Shown: piece by piece, positions 12,795 to 26,056 of the stretch
How the letters are laid out: every line of letters begins with the position of its first letter
How positions within the stretch are numbered: the first letter of the stretch is position 1
Assembly (NCBI GenBank): GCA_002269645.1
Contig: NIVC01000376.1
Location: 558,001-622,000, forward strand
Direction of reading: 5' to 3'
DNA from: Macrostomum lignano
Taxonomy: Eukaryota
DNA length: 64,000 bases
Notes under the pieces: model-generated
What the model saw: the letters and a program-made list of their open reading frames with translations, nothing else
Database searches by the model: none
Told to the model about the DNA's origin: nothing
Program-made: the position numbers and the translations under genes

Positions 12795-13740
12795 TTCAGG
12801 ACCGCCTCCTCAGTGTCCTTCAGGTATTCAGGACCGCCTCCTCAGTGTCCCTCAGGTATTCAGGACCGCCTCCTCCTCAGTGTCCTTCAGGTATTCAGGA
12901 CCGCCTCCTCAGTGTCCCTCAGGTATTCAGGACCGCCTCCTCAGTGTCCTTCAGGTATTCAAAACCGTGCCCTCCTCAGTGTCCCTCAGGTATCCAGGAC
13001 CGCCTCCTCAGTGTCCTTCAGGTATTCAGGACCGCCTCCTCAGTGTCCTTCAGGTATTCAGGACCGCCTCCTCAGTGTCCCTCAGGTATTCAGGACCGCC
13101 TCCTCCTCAGTGTCCTTCAGGTATTCAGGACCGCCTCCTCAGTGTCCCTCAGGTATTCAGGACCGCCTCCTCAGTGTCCTTCAGGTATTCAAAACCGTGC
13201 CCTCCTCAGTGTCCCTCAGGTATCCAGGACCGCCTCCTCAGTGTCCTTCAGGTATTCAGGACCGCCTCCTCAGTGTCCTTCAGGTATTCAGGACCGCCTC
13301 CTCAGTGTCCCTCAGGTATCCAGGACCGCCTCCTCAGTGTCCTTCAGGTATTCAGGACCGCCTCCTCAGTGTCCTTCAGGTATTCAGGACCGCCTCCTCA
13401 GTGTCCTTCAGGTATTCAGGACCGCCTCCTCAGTGTCCCTCAGGTATTCAGGACCGCCTCCTCAGTGTCCTTCAGGTATTCAGGACCGCCTCCTCAGTGT
13501 CCTTCAGGTATTCAGGACCGCCTCCTCAGTGTCCTTCAGGTATTCAGGACCGCCTCCTCAGTGTCCTTCAGGTATTCAGGACCGCCTCCTCAGTGTCCCT
13601 CAGGTATCCAGGACCGCCTCCTCAGTGTCCCTCAGGTATTCAGGACCGCCTCCTCAGTGTCCTTCAGGTATTCAGGACCGCCTCCTCAGTGTCCCTCAGG
13701 TATCCAGGACCGCCTCCTCAGTGTCCCTCAGGTATTCAGA
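12795..13740 (+). repeat. 32-bp minisatellite (GGTATTCAGGACCGCCTCCTCAGTGTCCYTCA)n, ~30 copies
   Basis: Read directly. The unit has no + strand stop, which explains three overlapping ~350-aa ORFs. Confidence 0.97.
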
Positions 13741-14319
13741 ACCGCATTAATAAAAAATCTAAGAGCAAAAAGTAGACTAAGAGCTGAAGTGGTCTCATTG
13801 ACTAATTCTCATATAAAAATCAATCATTTCGGATTAGGTTATCTAACGTGCGCCTTTATACTGTAATACGCTATAATCCCCCCGATACAGTGTGAGCAAT
13901 ATAGAATATGAAACAAAGAAGACAGACACATCAAGGATGCACAGCTCTGAGAGCGATTGCCAGATTATAGAAAAAAATCAAAGGATTACGCAGAAACGGT
14001 CTGTCATAAAAGAATGGTAATTAATAATTGATAATTTAACTGGGTTGAAAAATCTCTACTTGCACGCAAGGTTAGGCTTAAGACGATAAAAAAGTATTGC
14101 TTTAAGTTTAGCAAGCTGAGTACACCAAAAGAGTTTTAATTGGCTAGTTGGGGAATCGCAGTAATCATTCGCAAATTCTAAGCTAGAATACAGTTCGAAA
14201 ATGAATTTAATTTCAAAGACGGGAGACAGGTAGAGAGTGCAGAGAGGAGGAGCGGATAGTCACGGGAAGAGAGGAGATGAGGTGAATGAAGGTTGGACAC
14301 ACGGGGAGGGAGGAGAGAC

Positions 14320-15452
14320 TCGGGTAGAGAGGAGAGTAGAGGCGGAGAGTCACGGGGAGAGAGAAGAGGAGGGCGGAGAGTCACGGGGAGAGAGAAGAGG
14401 AGGGCGGAGAGTCACGGGGAGAGAGGAGAGTAGGGGCGGAGAGACATGGGGAGAGAAGAGAGGAGGGCGGAGAGACACGGGGAGAGAGGAGAGGAGGGCG
14501 GAGAGTCACGGGGAGAGAGGAGAGTAGGGGCGGAGAGACATGGGGAGAGAGGAGAGGAGGGCGGAGAGTCACGAGGAGAGAGGAGAGGAGGGCGGAGAGT
14601 CACGGGGAGAGAGAAGAGGAGGGCGGAGAGACACGGGGAGAGAAGAGAGGAGGGCGGAGAGACACGGGGAGAGAGGAGAGGAGGGCGGAGAGTCACGGGG
14701 AGAGAGGAGAGTAGGGGCGGAGAGACATGGGGAGAGAAGAGAGGAGGGCGGAGAGACACGGGGAGAGAGGAGAGGAGGGCGGAGAGTCACGGGGAGAGAG
14801 GAGAGTAGGGGCGGAGAGACATGGGGAGAGAGGAGAGGAGGGCGGAGAGTCACGAGGAGAGAGGAGAGGAGGGCGGAGAGTCACGGGGAGAGAGAAGAGG
14901 AGGGCGGAGAGACACGGGGAGAGAGAAGAGGAGGGCGGAGAGTCACGGGGAGAGAGGAGAGTAGGGGCGGAGAGACATGGGGAGAGAAGAGAGGAGGGCG
15001 GAGAGACACGGGGAGAGAGGAGAGGAGGGCGGAGAGTCACGGGGAGAGAGGAGAGTAGGGCGGAGAGACATGGGGAGAGAGGAGAGGAGGGCGGAGAGTC
15101 ACGAGGAGAGAGGAGAGGAGGGCGGAGAGTCACGGGGAGAGAGAAGAGGAGGGCGGAGAGACACGGGGAGAGAGAAGAGGAGGGCGGAGAGTCACGGGGA
15201 GAGAGGAGAGGAGGGCGGCGGAGAGTCACGGGGAGAGAGGAGAGGAGGGCGGCGGAGAGTCACGGGGAGAGAGGAGAGGAGGGCGGAGAGTCACGGGGAG
15301 AGAGGAGAGGAGGGCGGAGAGTCACGGGGAGAGAGAAGAGGAGGGCGGAGAGTCACGGGGAGAGAGGAGAGGAGGGCGGAGAGTCACGGGGAGAGAGAAG
15401 AGGAGGGCGGAGAGTCACGGGGAGAGAGGAGAGGAGGGCGGAGAGTCACGGG
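14320..15452 (+). repeat. ~31-bp purine-rich minisatellite (GGAGAGTCACGGGGAGAGAGGAGAGGAGGGC)n with ~188-bp higher-order period
   Basis: Variant order recurs at ~187-188-nt offsets (repeated ORF starts at 14381/14569 and 14540/14727). Confidence 0.95.
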
Positions 15453-15462
15453 AAGAGTCAAG

Positions 15463-16688
15463 TCAAGCGAGCGGAGGCAGATTCTGCAGCGGTGCGCTAC
15501 TGGCTCCACATCGCGCCCGCTGCTCGACCGCTTGGCCACGGACCCCTGCAACCGCTTCCACTGCGCCACATTCGTTGTCCGCCCTGCTAACAGATTCAGC
15601 ACTGCCGGATACCAATAGAAGACGCGATTGGGCGCTTCCTTGACGTCGATCTAAGTTTTGATGTTGTAGTTGATGCTGTTGTTGATGTTGTTGTTGTTGT
15701 TGATGCTGTTGTTGATTTTGTTGTTGTTGTTGATGCTGTTGTTGATGCTGTTGTTGATGTTGATGCTGTTGTTGATGCTGTTGTTGATGTTGTTGTTGTT
15801 GTTGATGCTGTTGTTGATTTTGTTGTTGTTGTTGATGCTGTTGTTGATGCTGTTGTTGATGTTGTTGTTGTAGTTGATGCTGTTGTTGATGTTGTTGTTG
15901 TTGTTGATGCTGTTGTTGATTTTGTTGTTGTTGTTGATGCTGTTGTTGATGCTGTTGTTGATGTTGTTGTTGTTGTTGATATTGTTGATGCTGTTGTTGT
16001 TGTTGTTGATGCTGTTGTTGATGTTGTTGTTGTTGCTGTTGTTGTTGTTGATACTGTTGTTGATGTTGTTGATGCTGTTGTTGATGTTGTTGTTGTTGCT
16101 GTTGTTGTTGTTGATACTGTTGTTGATGTTGTTGATGCTGTTGTTGTTGTTGATGTTGATTTTGTTGTTGCTGCTGCTGCTTGTGCGGCCGCCGTCTGTC
16201 CAGAGCCCTCATCCCTGTGCCGATGATCGGTATGAACGGCCGGATGCGGCCAGCGCTTTCCACGACTCTCGCCGTTGCTAAGGGCGACGACGATGAGGCG
16301 GCATCAGCCGGGGGAGGCTGCGGTTTTCGCTGATGCCTCGCGGCAAAACCGTAGGTGAATTCGTTGAAGCTGCAGGTTTTGTTTGCGGGTAAAGGCGCTA
16401 AACAGAAACAGTTATTCGATTTAAATAAAAAGTTTCGCAACACCCTACTTATAACCAACAAAACAGTAGTGCGTATTGATTTTAGCTATAATTTTTAGTA
16501 TATGGAAACTATTATATAAAACCAAAAGCTACCTATATTACTAACCGTTCGTAGGTAGCTGGAGCTTCTAAGACTGAGCCGCTGTGGCTTGAGACCTCGG
16601 ATGGCTTCTGCTGCAGCTGGTCGGATGCGGCTGCCACGCTGGAAGCAAAGTTTTCGTGTCAGCGATAGATCCATCTATCTATCTATCC

Positions 16689-16758
<70 letters not shown>

Positions 16759-16772
16759 TTATCTATTTATCC

Positions 16773-16858
<86 letters not shown>

Positions 16859-16885
16859 ATATCTATCTATCTATCTATCTATCTC

Positions 16886-16926
<41 letters not shown>

Positions 16927-16927
16927 G

Positions 16928-16958
<31 letters not shown>

Positions 16959-17452
16959 TTAACTCATATTAATCATTCAGTCTCTCACCGCATCTGAGCT
17001 CGATCTCCAATGGCATTTAGAGCAGCCAGCCTGTCAATCAAACCTGCCGGTTTCACCTGGCTCATAGCAACTGATGCAGCTGCGGATGCTGGCCCAGTGT
17101 TTCCATGGCGACCCACTCGCCGTTCGTAGCTGCACTCTAAGGTGTAGCTGCTCAGGTAACATCTGCCTTCAGCATCTGCTGCAATGGACGACAGGCCGGT
17201 GACTTCCAGCAGAGGAGCAGCTGAGCTGGTCTGCATCCTGTCTCTTCGAGTTCTCTTCTGGCTTTGCAGTTGCTGCTGCAGTCTGTGCTCCCTGCACCTC
17301 ACAGCCGATAGAAACGACTCGTACAACAAGCCACCACTTGTCAGCGGTGGCTTTCCTGCCTCTTCCTCTAGAAGAAGGATCAGCTGATCGAAAGAGTTTG
17401 AGCTGATAGGAAACTGGCCGCAGTTGAGCATTGCTGCGCTTTGCTGGTCCAT
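15463..17452 (-). CDS. Uncharacterised three-exon protein with a very long poly-Q/H tract
   Basis: Exons 17452-16989, 16638-16546 and 16369-15463 join in frame through GT-AG phase-2 junctions (ATGCG|gtgaga, ttccag|C, GAACG|gttagt, ctgcag|C). Start codon uncertain; the ORF is open upstream to 17758. No family recognised. Confidence 0.6.
15660..16180 (-). repeat. (CAA/CAT/CAG)n triplet tract, ~170 codons
   Basis: Read directly as (TTG/ATG/CTG)n on the + strand. Confidence 0.97.
16666..16958 (+). repeat. (ATCT)n microsatellite, intronic
   Basis: Read directly; lies inside predicted intron 16639-16988. Confidence 0.97.
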
Positions 17453-17906
17453 GCGCCACCTAGCTGCTCTCACCTCTGTTGCCAGGCCAAATTCAACTTG
17501 AGGCAATAAGCCGGAGTTTCTCCCTTCTCTTAGGCCTGAATTTCTTTGTTTCTCGCCCCTCTCCCCTGAGAGAGGCAGAGGGAGGGGGTTGGGGAGGGGT
17601 GGGGGCCCGCGGGCGGCAGGCGCGGTGCGTACATCGCCTTCAATTCTCACCCATTTAGCCTGTACAAAATCGCCATGCAAACCCGGGTAGTAGTTAATTG
17701 CAGACTTACATGTATAAGCGTTCTCACTGCCAGCTAAAGCTTGCTTCATTGAACGCAAATAGGGCTAAAATGTTGTGAAAATTAAAAAAATAATTGAGTA
17801 GTATGGTGAAGACAGGGCTTGCTGGTGTTAGATAGCCAAAAAGAAGCTTTGTTGTCAGAATCAATGCTCTCTTTTTACTTGAAATATTTTTGGTGTTCCT
17901 TCCTTC

Positions 17907-17958
<52 letters not shown>

Positions 17959-18027
17959 TTTGCTCCTATCCCATCTTTCCATTACTTTCTGAATCCCCTT
18001 GAGATAATGATTGCACTTAATTTTTAT

Positions 18028-18350
18028 TGACCACGCCGGTAAAAACGGCTTGGCATAGCAGTGTCAAACTGGCATATGCAGCGATAGTCTATGGCCAGGC
18101 CTGCTGACCACGCCGGTATAAACGGCTTTGTACAGCAGTGTCAAACTGGCATATGCAGCGATAGTCTATGGCCAGGCCTGCTGACCACGCCGGTATAAAC
18201 GGCTTTGTACAGCAGTGTCAAACTGGCATATGCAGCGATAGTCTATGGCCAGGCCTGCTGACCACGCCGGTATAAACGGCTTTGTACAGCAGTGTCAAAC
18301 TGGCATATGCAGCGATAGTCTATGGTCAGGCCTGCTAACAACACCGGTAA
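18028..18350 (+). repeat. 77-bp tandem repeat, ~4.2 copies
   Basis: GTGTCAAACT recurs at 18061, 18138, 18215 and 18292. A partial dispersed copy lies at ~61980-62030. Confidence 0.95.
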
Positions 18351-18956
18351 GAAATGCTTAAATTAAATTGCTGTCCAAGCCAAATTTTAATGTACGACAT
18401 ATAGCAAAGCTAAAAAATAAAAATTTGAAATTTGGACTTTACGTACAATTAAAACAAATAGGCTTGGCCAAAAGAGTTTTCCATTTATTTAATTAAAAAA
18501 CAGCTCTTACAGCAGCCCTATACGCGTAATCACAATCAGACGCATCGGAGCCATTGCAATTAAAATTCAATTGGCTAATGAAAACTGGGCGACATCATTA
18601 GCAAAAGTTATCCTTTCAAAAGACTGCACCATTCATTCGAACGGGTTGTTGACTCACTAGAGTTGTTTGTTTGATTTTCTGCTACTAAAAAGCATCAAAA
18701 ACAATCCTTGTGCTTTTCCTACGGTCAGGAAAATGATCCTCGCCGAGTCGTTTCGTCAAATGACAGCTGTTGCGCTGCTGTCATTAAGAACAAACTGATA
18801 GCCTATTTAATTGTTGCTGGATACGAACTACTTTACGCTCAATTTTTCGACTTTGAACTTTATCATACGACGTGCAAAGAACGTATTGTAAATTTTCAAG
18901 CGCTTCAAGAAGGCTGCAATCAATAGCATTCTTTAGTTCAGAATGCATTTCTTACG

Positions 18957-20104
18957 TCACTGGAACGGATTGACGCACTCGCACAGAGCTGTCGCGATGC
19001 CCGAATACGTGTTGGTTACGTCATCGATACCAGTCACGTGACTACTCCAGATGTTGGTCTTATTGTAGTTATCGCCGTGGTTTGGTTGTCCGGGCAGCCA
19101 CACCTCGGGCAGGAAGCTCGAGTTGCAGCCGTGCCAGAACCAGGTGCCGCTAGCGAAACTGCCGACCCGGTAGCCGCCGACGAAATACGAAGCGCCCGAG
19201 TTCGCATTGGTTTTGATCCAGTGCAGGTGGTCCACTTCGGCCCGGTCGATTCCGTCGGCGAACTTCGTGAGGCCGAGCTCGGCCTGGCAGATGGAGAGTC
19301 CGGTGGACCAGCTGGGAGCCGTGATCAGCCTGGGGTGGTGGGTTTGCGATCCTCCATCATTCTCAGATTGCATTCTCATCTACATTCGCATCCGCATCCG
19401 CATCCACATCCGCATCCGCATCCGGATCCGCATCCGCATACGCATCCGCATCCGCATCCGCATCCGCATCCGCATCCGCATTCGCATCCGCATCCGCATC
19501 CGCATCCGCATCCGCATCCGCATCCACATCCACATCCGCATCCGCATCCGCATCTATATCCGCATTCGCATCTCCTCTACACACTTGAGTGCTTATTATA
19601 ATCGTTTTATTCATTACACATCACGAGCTCGAAAAATGCCCATCTCTCACGCATTGCATTGCCATACTAAAACACAATTGAGTCTTCACAGCCGCGAGAC
19701 TCTGAGCCCGCATACCTGTACGTGGAGCTGAAATGCCGGTTGCCGTAGCCGTCCGGACACACCCGTCCGTCGGACAGTCCGGCCAGGCGTCGAACGAAGG
19801 CCCAGCCGAACTGGCTGCAGCTGTCCAGGTTGGCTCGGTGGCTGCAACTGTCGAACTCGAAGGTCCGACACTGGCCGGAGTCGGGCTCCAGACGGAAGGC
19901 TCGGCAGCGAGGCGAGCGGCTGCAAGCGCTGGCGCAAGCGACTTTTAGGTAAGGCGTCACTCCATCGGGTGCTCGGACGAACTCCGGCCGCAGGCAGAGG
20001 CGGATGTAGGCGTAAGCAAAGTTGCTCGTGACGTCTGAGGACTGTTGATGTACATTCGTAGCTTGTAGCCACAGCAGCAGCGCAATCAACGAGATTGATC
20101 TCAT
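18957..20104 (-). CDS. Secreted PAN/Apple-like + C-type lectin domain protein (copy 1, intact, 253 aa)
   Basis: Exon 1 20104-19716 encodes a signal-like leader, the PAN-like motif [14 protein letters not shown]...C, and CPDGY...STYR. Exon 2 19329-18957 encodes LITAPSW...C...YFVGG...WFW...WLPGQPN...LCEC. Splice TACAG|gtatgc...ccccag|G is in frame (389+373=762 nt). Confidence 0.85.
19385..19570 (-). repeat. (GCGGAT)n hexamer in the intron of lectin copy 1
   Basis: Read directly; the same motif occurs at 26553-26715. Confidence 0.95.
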
Positions 20105-20894
20105 TCTAGAAGTTTAGTTTAAGTCTGCCAGTCTCAATTGAAGTTTTGAGCATACAACGTCTTTAATACAAATTGCTATTAAGTAAATTAAAGCAGGCAT
20201 AGGGGTTGCTCAGCTACGGATGGCAATTATTTTAAACGAATCAGTTTGGACAGCCATCGCAAGCAAAACCTGTTAGTTTTTCTGTTGCTTTTCGAGGCTT
20301 TTAATACTGTTAAACTGATAAAGAGGGATTTAATTGCACAACCGAATTCCAATTTCACTAATTGCACTCATTCAAAACCAGATACTCGACATCTGACGAC
20401 AAGTCTAAAATGGCTTTTTCAGAATTTCTCCAGAAGCTAACGAATGCGAGCGTATAAACCTTTTCATTCTTTGGAACCCTAAAACACTTTATTGAACGTA
20501 TTATTTTGAACGATACGCAATCGAATTGAGGTGTCAATCGAGTAAATCGATTGACAGTTGATAAGGCTTTCCAAACTTCTCCAAATAATGGAGTCAAAAG
20601 CACTGGAGTTCAAGTCTCGACGAGTCATTGAAGTTCTCGACACCAACTCAAAGATGTAGATTTATCTGATATGTGCACTCAAAAGCCTAATTGGTTTTTA
20701 ATGGCTAAGCGCACACGCTTGGACTGGATATCATTTGAGTGACATACAATAGGAGCCATTGTAGGGTTGTAGAAAGGTAGAAAGTACCTTTTTTCGAAGT
20801 TGGGGTTTTTCACCTATGTACACCTGCAAACCAGTGTTTAATTAAAAACTCTAACTCCCTCTGTTTCCAATCTATGCGCTAATGATATACGAGC

Positions 20895-21270
20895 GTGAGG
20901 CCATCTCAATTGTTCCTGCTACTTCTTTCAGGTAGGCAGCTTCAAGCTTTAGCCAGCCGAAAGAAAGATTCGGACCTATACAGATTCGCTTACATCTGCA
21001 ATGTGACTTCGGCCCGAGTTTATCACACAGCGCGAGGAAGTTTCGCTTGGCAACAGAATTGAATACACTGCACCTTGCAGCTAGTCGGTTCGCTGCCAGG
21101 CCTTCCAGCTGCAGCCGGGCTCTGGCAGCTGCTGGACCTTCAAGTTCGACAGGTGCAGCCACCGAGTCAACCTGGACAACTGCAGCCGTTTTGATTGGGC
21201 GTTCGTGCGAGGCTTTTTGGGAGTGCGGAGTGGCAGGCTTTGTAGATTTCAAGCCTATGCATTTGAATCA
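20895..21270 (+). pseudogene. Diverged PAN-only paralogue (copy 3), head-to-head with copy 1
   Basis: GTG in place of the start, leader RPSQLFLLLLSG...YRFAYI, a frameshift, then LRPEF...CS*SVRCQAFQLQPGSGSCWTFKFDRCSHRVNLDNCSRFDWAFVRG with an in-frame TAG. No lectin exon follows. Confidence 0.75.
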
Positions 21271-21349
21271 TAAATTTTATCCAGTGATATTTATTGACCC
21301 AATGATGTCAACGCATCAGTAAAGGGCGTAAAGTACATTATACTGTCTA

Positions 21350-22500
21350 TACATGCTGTATATTCGTGGGCAACTGGGGGATCAGTTGCACCACTGGTTT
21401 GCTACAGAGTTGGTTTGGACCTCGCAAACAGGCGAGAGCCAGTCACTCAGGCGCCGAATGTCACACTGGCAGAGTACCAGCTTCTGGGGGTCAAGACTTC
21501 CAGATTGCGTCTTGGTGAATCCAGCTTCTGGGGCCGAGGCCTGACCATGGTGGTCCACTTACCAGCTCCCTTCACGGGTAGGTTCACCTAGCGCAATGTC
21601 AGCTCAAAGCAGCTCACCAGCGATACAAGATCATCAGCTAGAAGCCTCAGGCTGCACCACAACCCTCTGATCCGAGTACGCCTTCGGTGTCATAAGAGAT
21701 CTCGTCAGAGACCGTCTTTTTGGCTTCACTCGTGACTTACTGCACTCAAGCTCTTAAGCGCTAAAAATAAACAATACGGTTGATTCCTACACGCTTCCTC
21801 TTCGTCAAAGCTCTTCGATTCGGTCCTCAGCTGGATAGCCGGCTTCAATACCTGTGCATTGACGATGTTGACTGAGACGTACTGTCTCACTACGAAAACC
21901 CAGTGCGAATGCGTGGTGAAGAGTTTCAGAGTGGTGATCAGTCACTCGAAAACTCCCACTTCCAGACCCTAAGCCTGGGAACAGAATTCAGTGATCACTT
22001 ACTAATGCGGGCTCCTCTTCTTTGTCTCGTGGGTCCTTAGAACTCTTCTCTTGTCTCCGGAGTAGTCTTCTTGGGTCCTAACGGTATTGATTTCCCCCAG
22101 AGATGTATCTATAGCCTCGTTTAGCTGCTCCAACAAGCTTAAGATCTTTGGAGGCTGCTCCGAGTCAGAGATTTTAGCTATGATTTTGGCTTGTGATGAG
22201 GACGCACTTTTTCCCAAATCCCGCGCTAGCACATGGGCTCGAAACTTACTAGCCTACTAACAGTGGGCGATGGGCATTTTTATCCTTTTTCTGCAAATTG
22301 TCATAGAATCTATACTAGATATAATGTCTGGCCATACTAGTAGTCATAATAACATAGGCGCAGCTTTTTGGGTCGTAAATCATCGCTTCCGAAGTTGGTC
22401 TGACAGCCACCTGCGCCTCACTCAGTGTTGAGACGGGCGCCAGATGGTCTGAGAGGATGCGGGCGGTAGCTTTTTTCTCATCATTTTGACAGGCCATCAA
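21350..22500 (-). mobile_element. Heavily decayed non-LTR retrotransposon ORF2 fragments
   Basis: Broken - strand frames resemble LINE ORF2 linker and RT C-terminal sequence. Many stops. Similarity judged by eye. Confidence 0.35.
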
Positions 22501-22756
22501 GATTTATGAGGTCAGAGCCTATTGTTCGGATTCACTCAAGCGTGTGACAGCTTTGACAGCTATGCGTTTTACCCCTAAAAGTACTTTGGGATTAGCGATT
22601 AGCAATTTCTCTTCATTATCTTCACTTTCTATTTAATAAGAGCTTTCTAATGTATATTTTTTCATTAATTTCTGTCAATCCTACGCGAAAAGTCATAAAT
22701 CATTTTGTTGCGATTTTGAGTGATTTATGGCCGCACCTGTCATCTTTTTACGACCC

Positions 22757-23404
22757 TGTGGGAACCGATAGGATCTCTCGGTCACGTGATTCTGGGTAGC
22801 AACAAGCTTAGCCAATCAGAAAATTCGGCGCTCATTTTAACAAAACGGCTCAGCCAATCAGAATCGACGTGTTCCGTTATAACAAACTGCGGTCCAGTTG
22901 GCGGCTATTTAAACCGGAGTTTTTGGCCCGCTCGGACTAACTCTTGCTCGGGTCCAGCACGCAACTTCTGGTTCCCGGAGCGCGACCGTCGTTTCTTGAT
23001 CCCCGGATTGCGACTTCCCCCATCATCATCAAGGACGAATCCCCCGGTCGTCAGCAGCGAACATCAAGCGAAGATCATCACCTGCTAGCTATTAGCGAAG
23101 ATTGTGTCAGCATCATCCCGAGTCTACAGCTGCGAAGCATCAAGCCGATTCGGTCACTGTGGATTTCCTGGTCTCCGGCTGTTGAGTTTCTGATTGGTTG
23201 GGTGAGAGGCTACCTAGACTTGCTTGATTGGGTGATCCCCTATCTGTTCCCTGTTTCAGTAGCTGAATTAGGCGCACACTTTTGCTCATTTTGTTCAGTA
23301 GTGCTGTTACTGAGGCAGAAATCACTTAATAATACTACTAGTAGTCTGAAACTCCAATTCAATCTGAGGTGTGAAGTGATCTAAGGAGAAGGTTAAATCT
23401 AACA
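22757..23404 (+). mobile_element. Possible solo-LTR-like or promoter-bearing repeat
   Basis: Begins TG and ends CA. Two GCCAATCAGA boxes followed by CTATTTAAA. No matching TSD found. Confidence 0.3.
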
Positions 23405-23449
23405 GTTATTTTTATCGGTTTTATTTCTTTGTTCGCCGATGGCTCAGAT

Positions 23450-24110
23450 GAGTGGCTAAGCTAGTAGGCGCCGGTCACAGTGGACCAATGGCCAGGCAGT
23501 CCCCAGTCGATCAATCAATCAAATCAGTGAGCAAAACTGCCAGAAGTGCAGAATCGGCGCCAGAGATGTACTTTGTGCACTCTAGGTTAGCCAAGCGGCT
23601 CGGGTAATGAATCATGCAAGGTCTCTGAAGTTCGAGTTAGTCTATCATCAGCGCTATGAGAGGCTAGTTGGCGCGTTGAAGGCCAAAAGTACATGTCTTC
23701 GTATTTAGCAATGTAATAGTACATGTAGCTACCCCATAGACTCGCCACTGCAAGAATCCCCTGCACAAGTCCCCTCTGTACCTGCATGGCCAATGCGATC
23801 TAGTCCCAGCAGTGTCCCTTATCATCGGCTATGACTTCGAGATTGACAGCAAAAAGACACTAGTTGGCAGGTAAGTGCAAAGCCCCTTCTAGTCGGAAGC
23901 CCGATTTCGAGAGTCCCGGTGTGGTGAGCCAGGACGCACGGGCTGGTGGCAGCGAGTTAGCTTAGTCTGCGGATTAGCTAATTTCTACCTTCAAAATTCT
24001 CCCTGCTTGTCTCTCGCTGTCCCTCTCTTAGCTATAGGACCTAGACTGCTCGCCACACGATCAAGCTACCATGGGGCTGACCATCTGACAGGAGTGGGGG
24101 GCCAGGACTC
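23450..24110 (-). mobile_element. Decayed non-LTR RT fragment
   Basis: VQRGLVQG...LWGSYM resembles the RT GxPQGSxLxPxLFxxYM motif. Confidence 0.4.
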
Positions 24111-25074
24111 TAATTGATTTATTTCTGAGACCTGAGGCCCGAAGGCTTCGTCACAAGGGGCCTGAAAGGTGGAAACCCATCACTTGTATTAATATTTATA
24201 GGAAAATCTTGCAAGAATCTGGTTATTTTTGATTAGGTGACTTAGTTTCGCTTTTTGGAAATTTGACCCTTTGAAAATTGAATAGAATTTTTGCGAATAC
24301 AATAGCTTTCGAACATCAATTACCATATTCGATGTTCTAAATTTAAATGTTGCAAAATAATCATTCGTTGTTTACGCGGTACTATAAATAGAGTGTGACT
24401 ACTTGGAATCTTTAGATTTTGAGTTTTGTGCATTTTTATCTTACTACTTCTAGTAGTTTGCTTTATATTGTATTTTGGAGATCTCTACAGTGGATCCATT
24501 CCAGGGACTAGTTAGGGCTTAACAGATTTCGTGATGACCTTTCTAAGTATCGTTTATTAAATGAAGTGAATGAAATTTAAAAGTCTCAAAGTGACAAACT
24601 TAAAAATGGGTTTTGTGACTGCAAAAGCAAATTTTAACAGTAGTGATAAACAGCAATTCTTCAAAACAAAAGTTTAAAACTTCGGATGCAGAAAACGCTT
24701 TTGACTCCAAAATGTAGTATGTGACGAGAATTAGTTTTCAATTTTCAAATCAAGAGTTTGCTCTGTGGGATACTGAAGCCATCAAACATCAAAAAGACTT
24801 TTATTGTTTCACCATCAAACATTGGATTGATGATGGTGATTTGTGAAGATAAATGATGATTATTACGAGCCGCCGACTTATGAATATTCAACGGATATTC
24901 AACCACCAACTCTTTATGAATGTTAAATGAATACTGAAAGAAATTCACCCCATTGCTAGTTCAGAACTTTTTTAAATAGACCTATTTATGAGATCAGTGA
25001 AAGAGGAAAACAAAACTAACCTTACAACATTTGCAATTGCATGATCTCTTGTTTACTTGACAGAATTTGACTTA

Positions 25075-25737
<663 letters not shown>

Positions 25738-25949
25738 ACATTATATTTCATTTCATTATATTACATTATATTTCACATTATTCGACAATGTAAAAGCGAT
25801 AATTCGGTATGTTTTTTCGACGAGCCAATGAAGTTTTCTGTCTATGAAAGCAACCTAGTATGTATCTATCCATGACAAAGGAGAGTTCCAGACCGTTTCA
25901 CCAATCACCACGCGCACATTGTCTGTAGAACATTCGATTCACTCTCCTG

Positions 25950-25993
25950 TCCAATAGGAGCATACCGCTGAGCAGATCCCCAGTCCATATAAA
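25950..25993 (+). promoter_or_regulatory. Candidate CCAAT and TATA promoter of lectin copy 2
   Basis: CCAAT at ~25950 and TATAAA at 25988-25993, ~64 nt before the ATG at 26057. Confidence 0.4.
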
Positions 25994-26056
25994 GTGCCAA
26001 ATTTGCAGGTGTAATTTGGTTCAATTACAATTTGTCAATGAAATTTAAAATAGAGA

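Noticed and set aside
12671-13866. Three overlapping 340-360-aa ORFs
   Set aside because: Artefact of a stop-free 32-bp unit cycling through all three frames; no flanking gene structure.
14237-15618. Glu/Arg/Gly-rich and Ser/Pro/Leu-rich ORFs
   Set aside because: Translations of the purine-rich minisatellite.
18028-18350. CRISPR-like appearance of the 77-bp repeats (also the 20-bp and 32-bp arrays)
   Set aside because: Units are contiguous with no unique spacers, there are no cas genes, and the context is eukaryotic.
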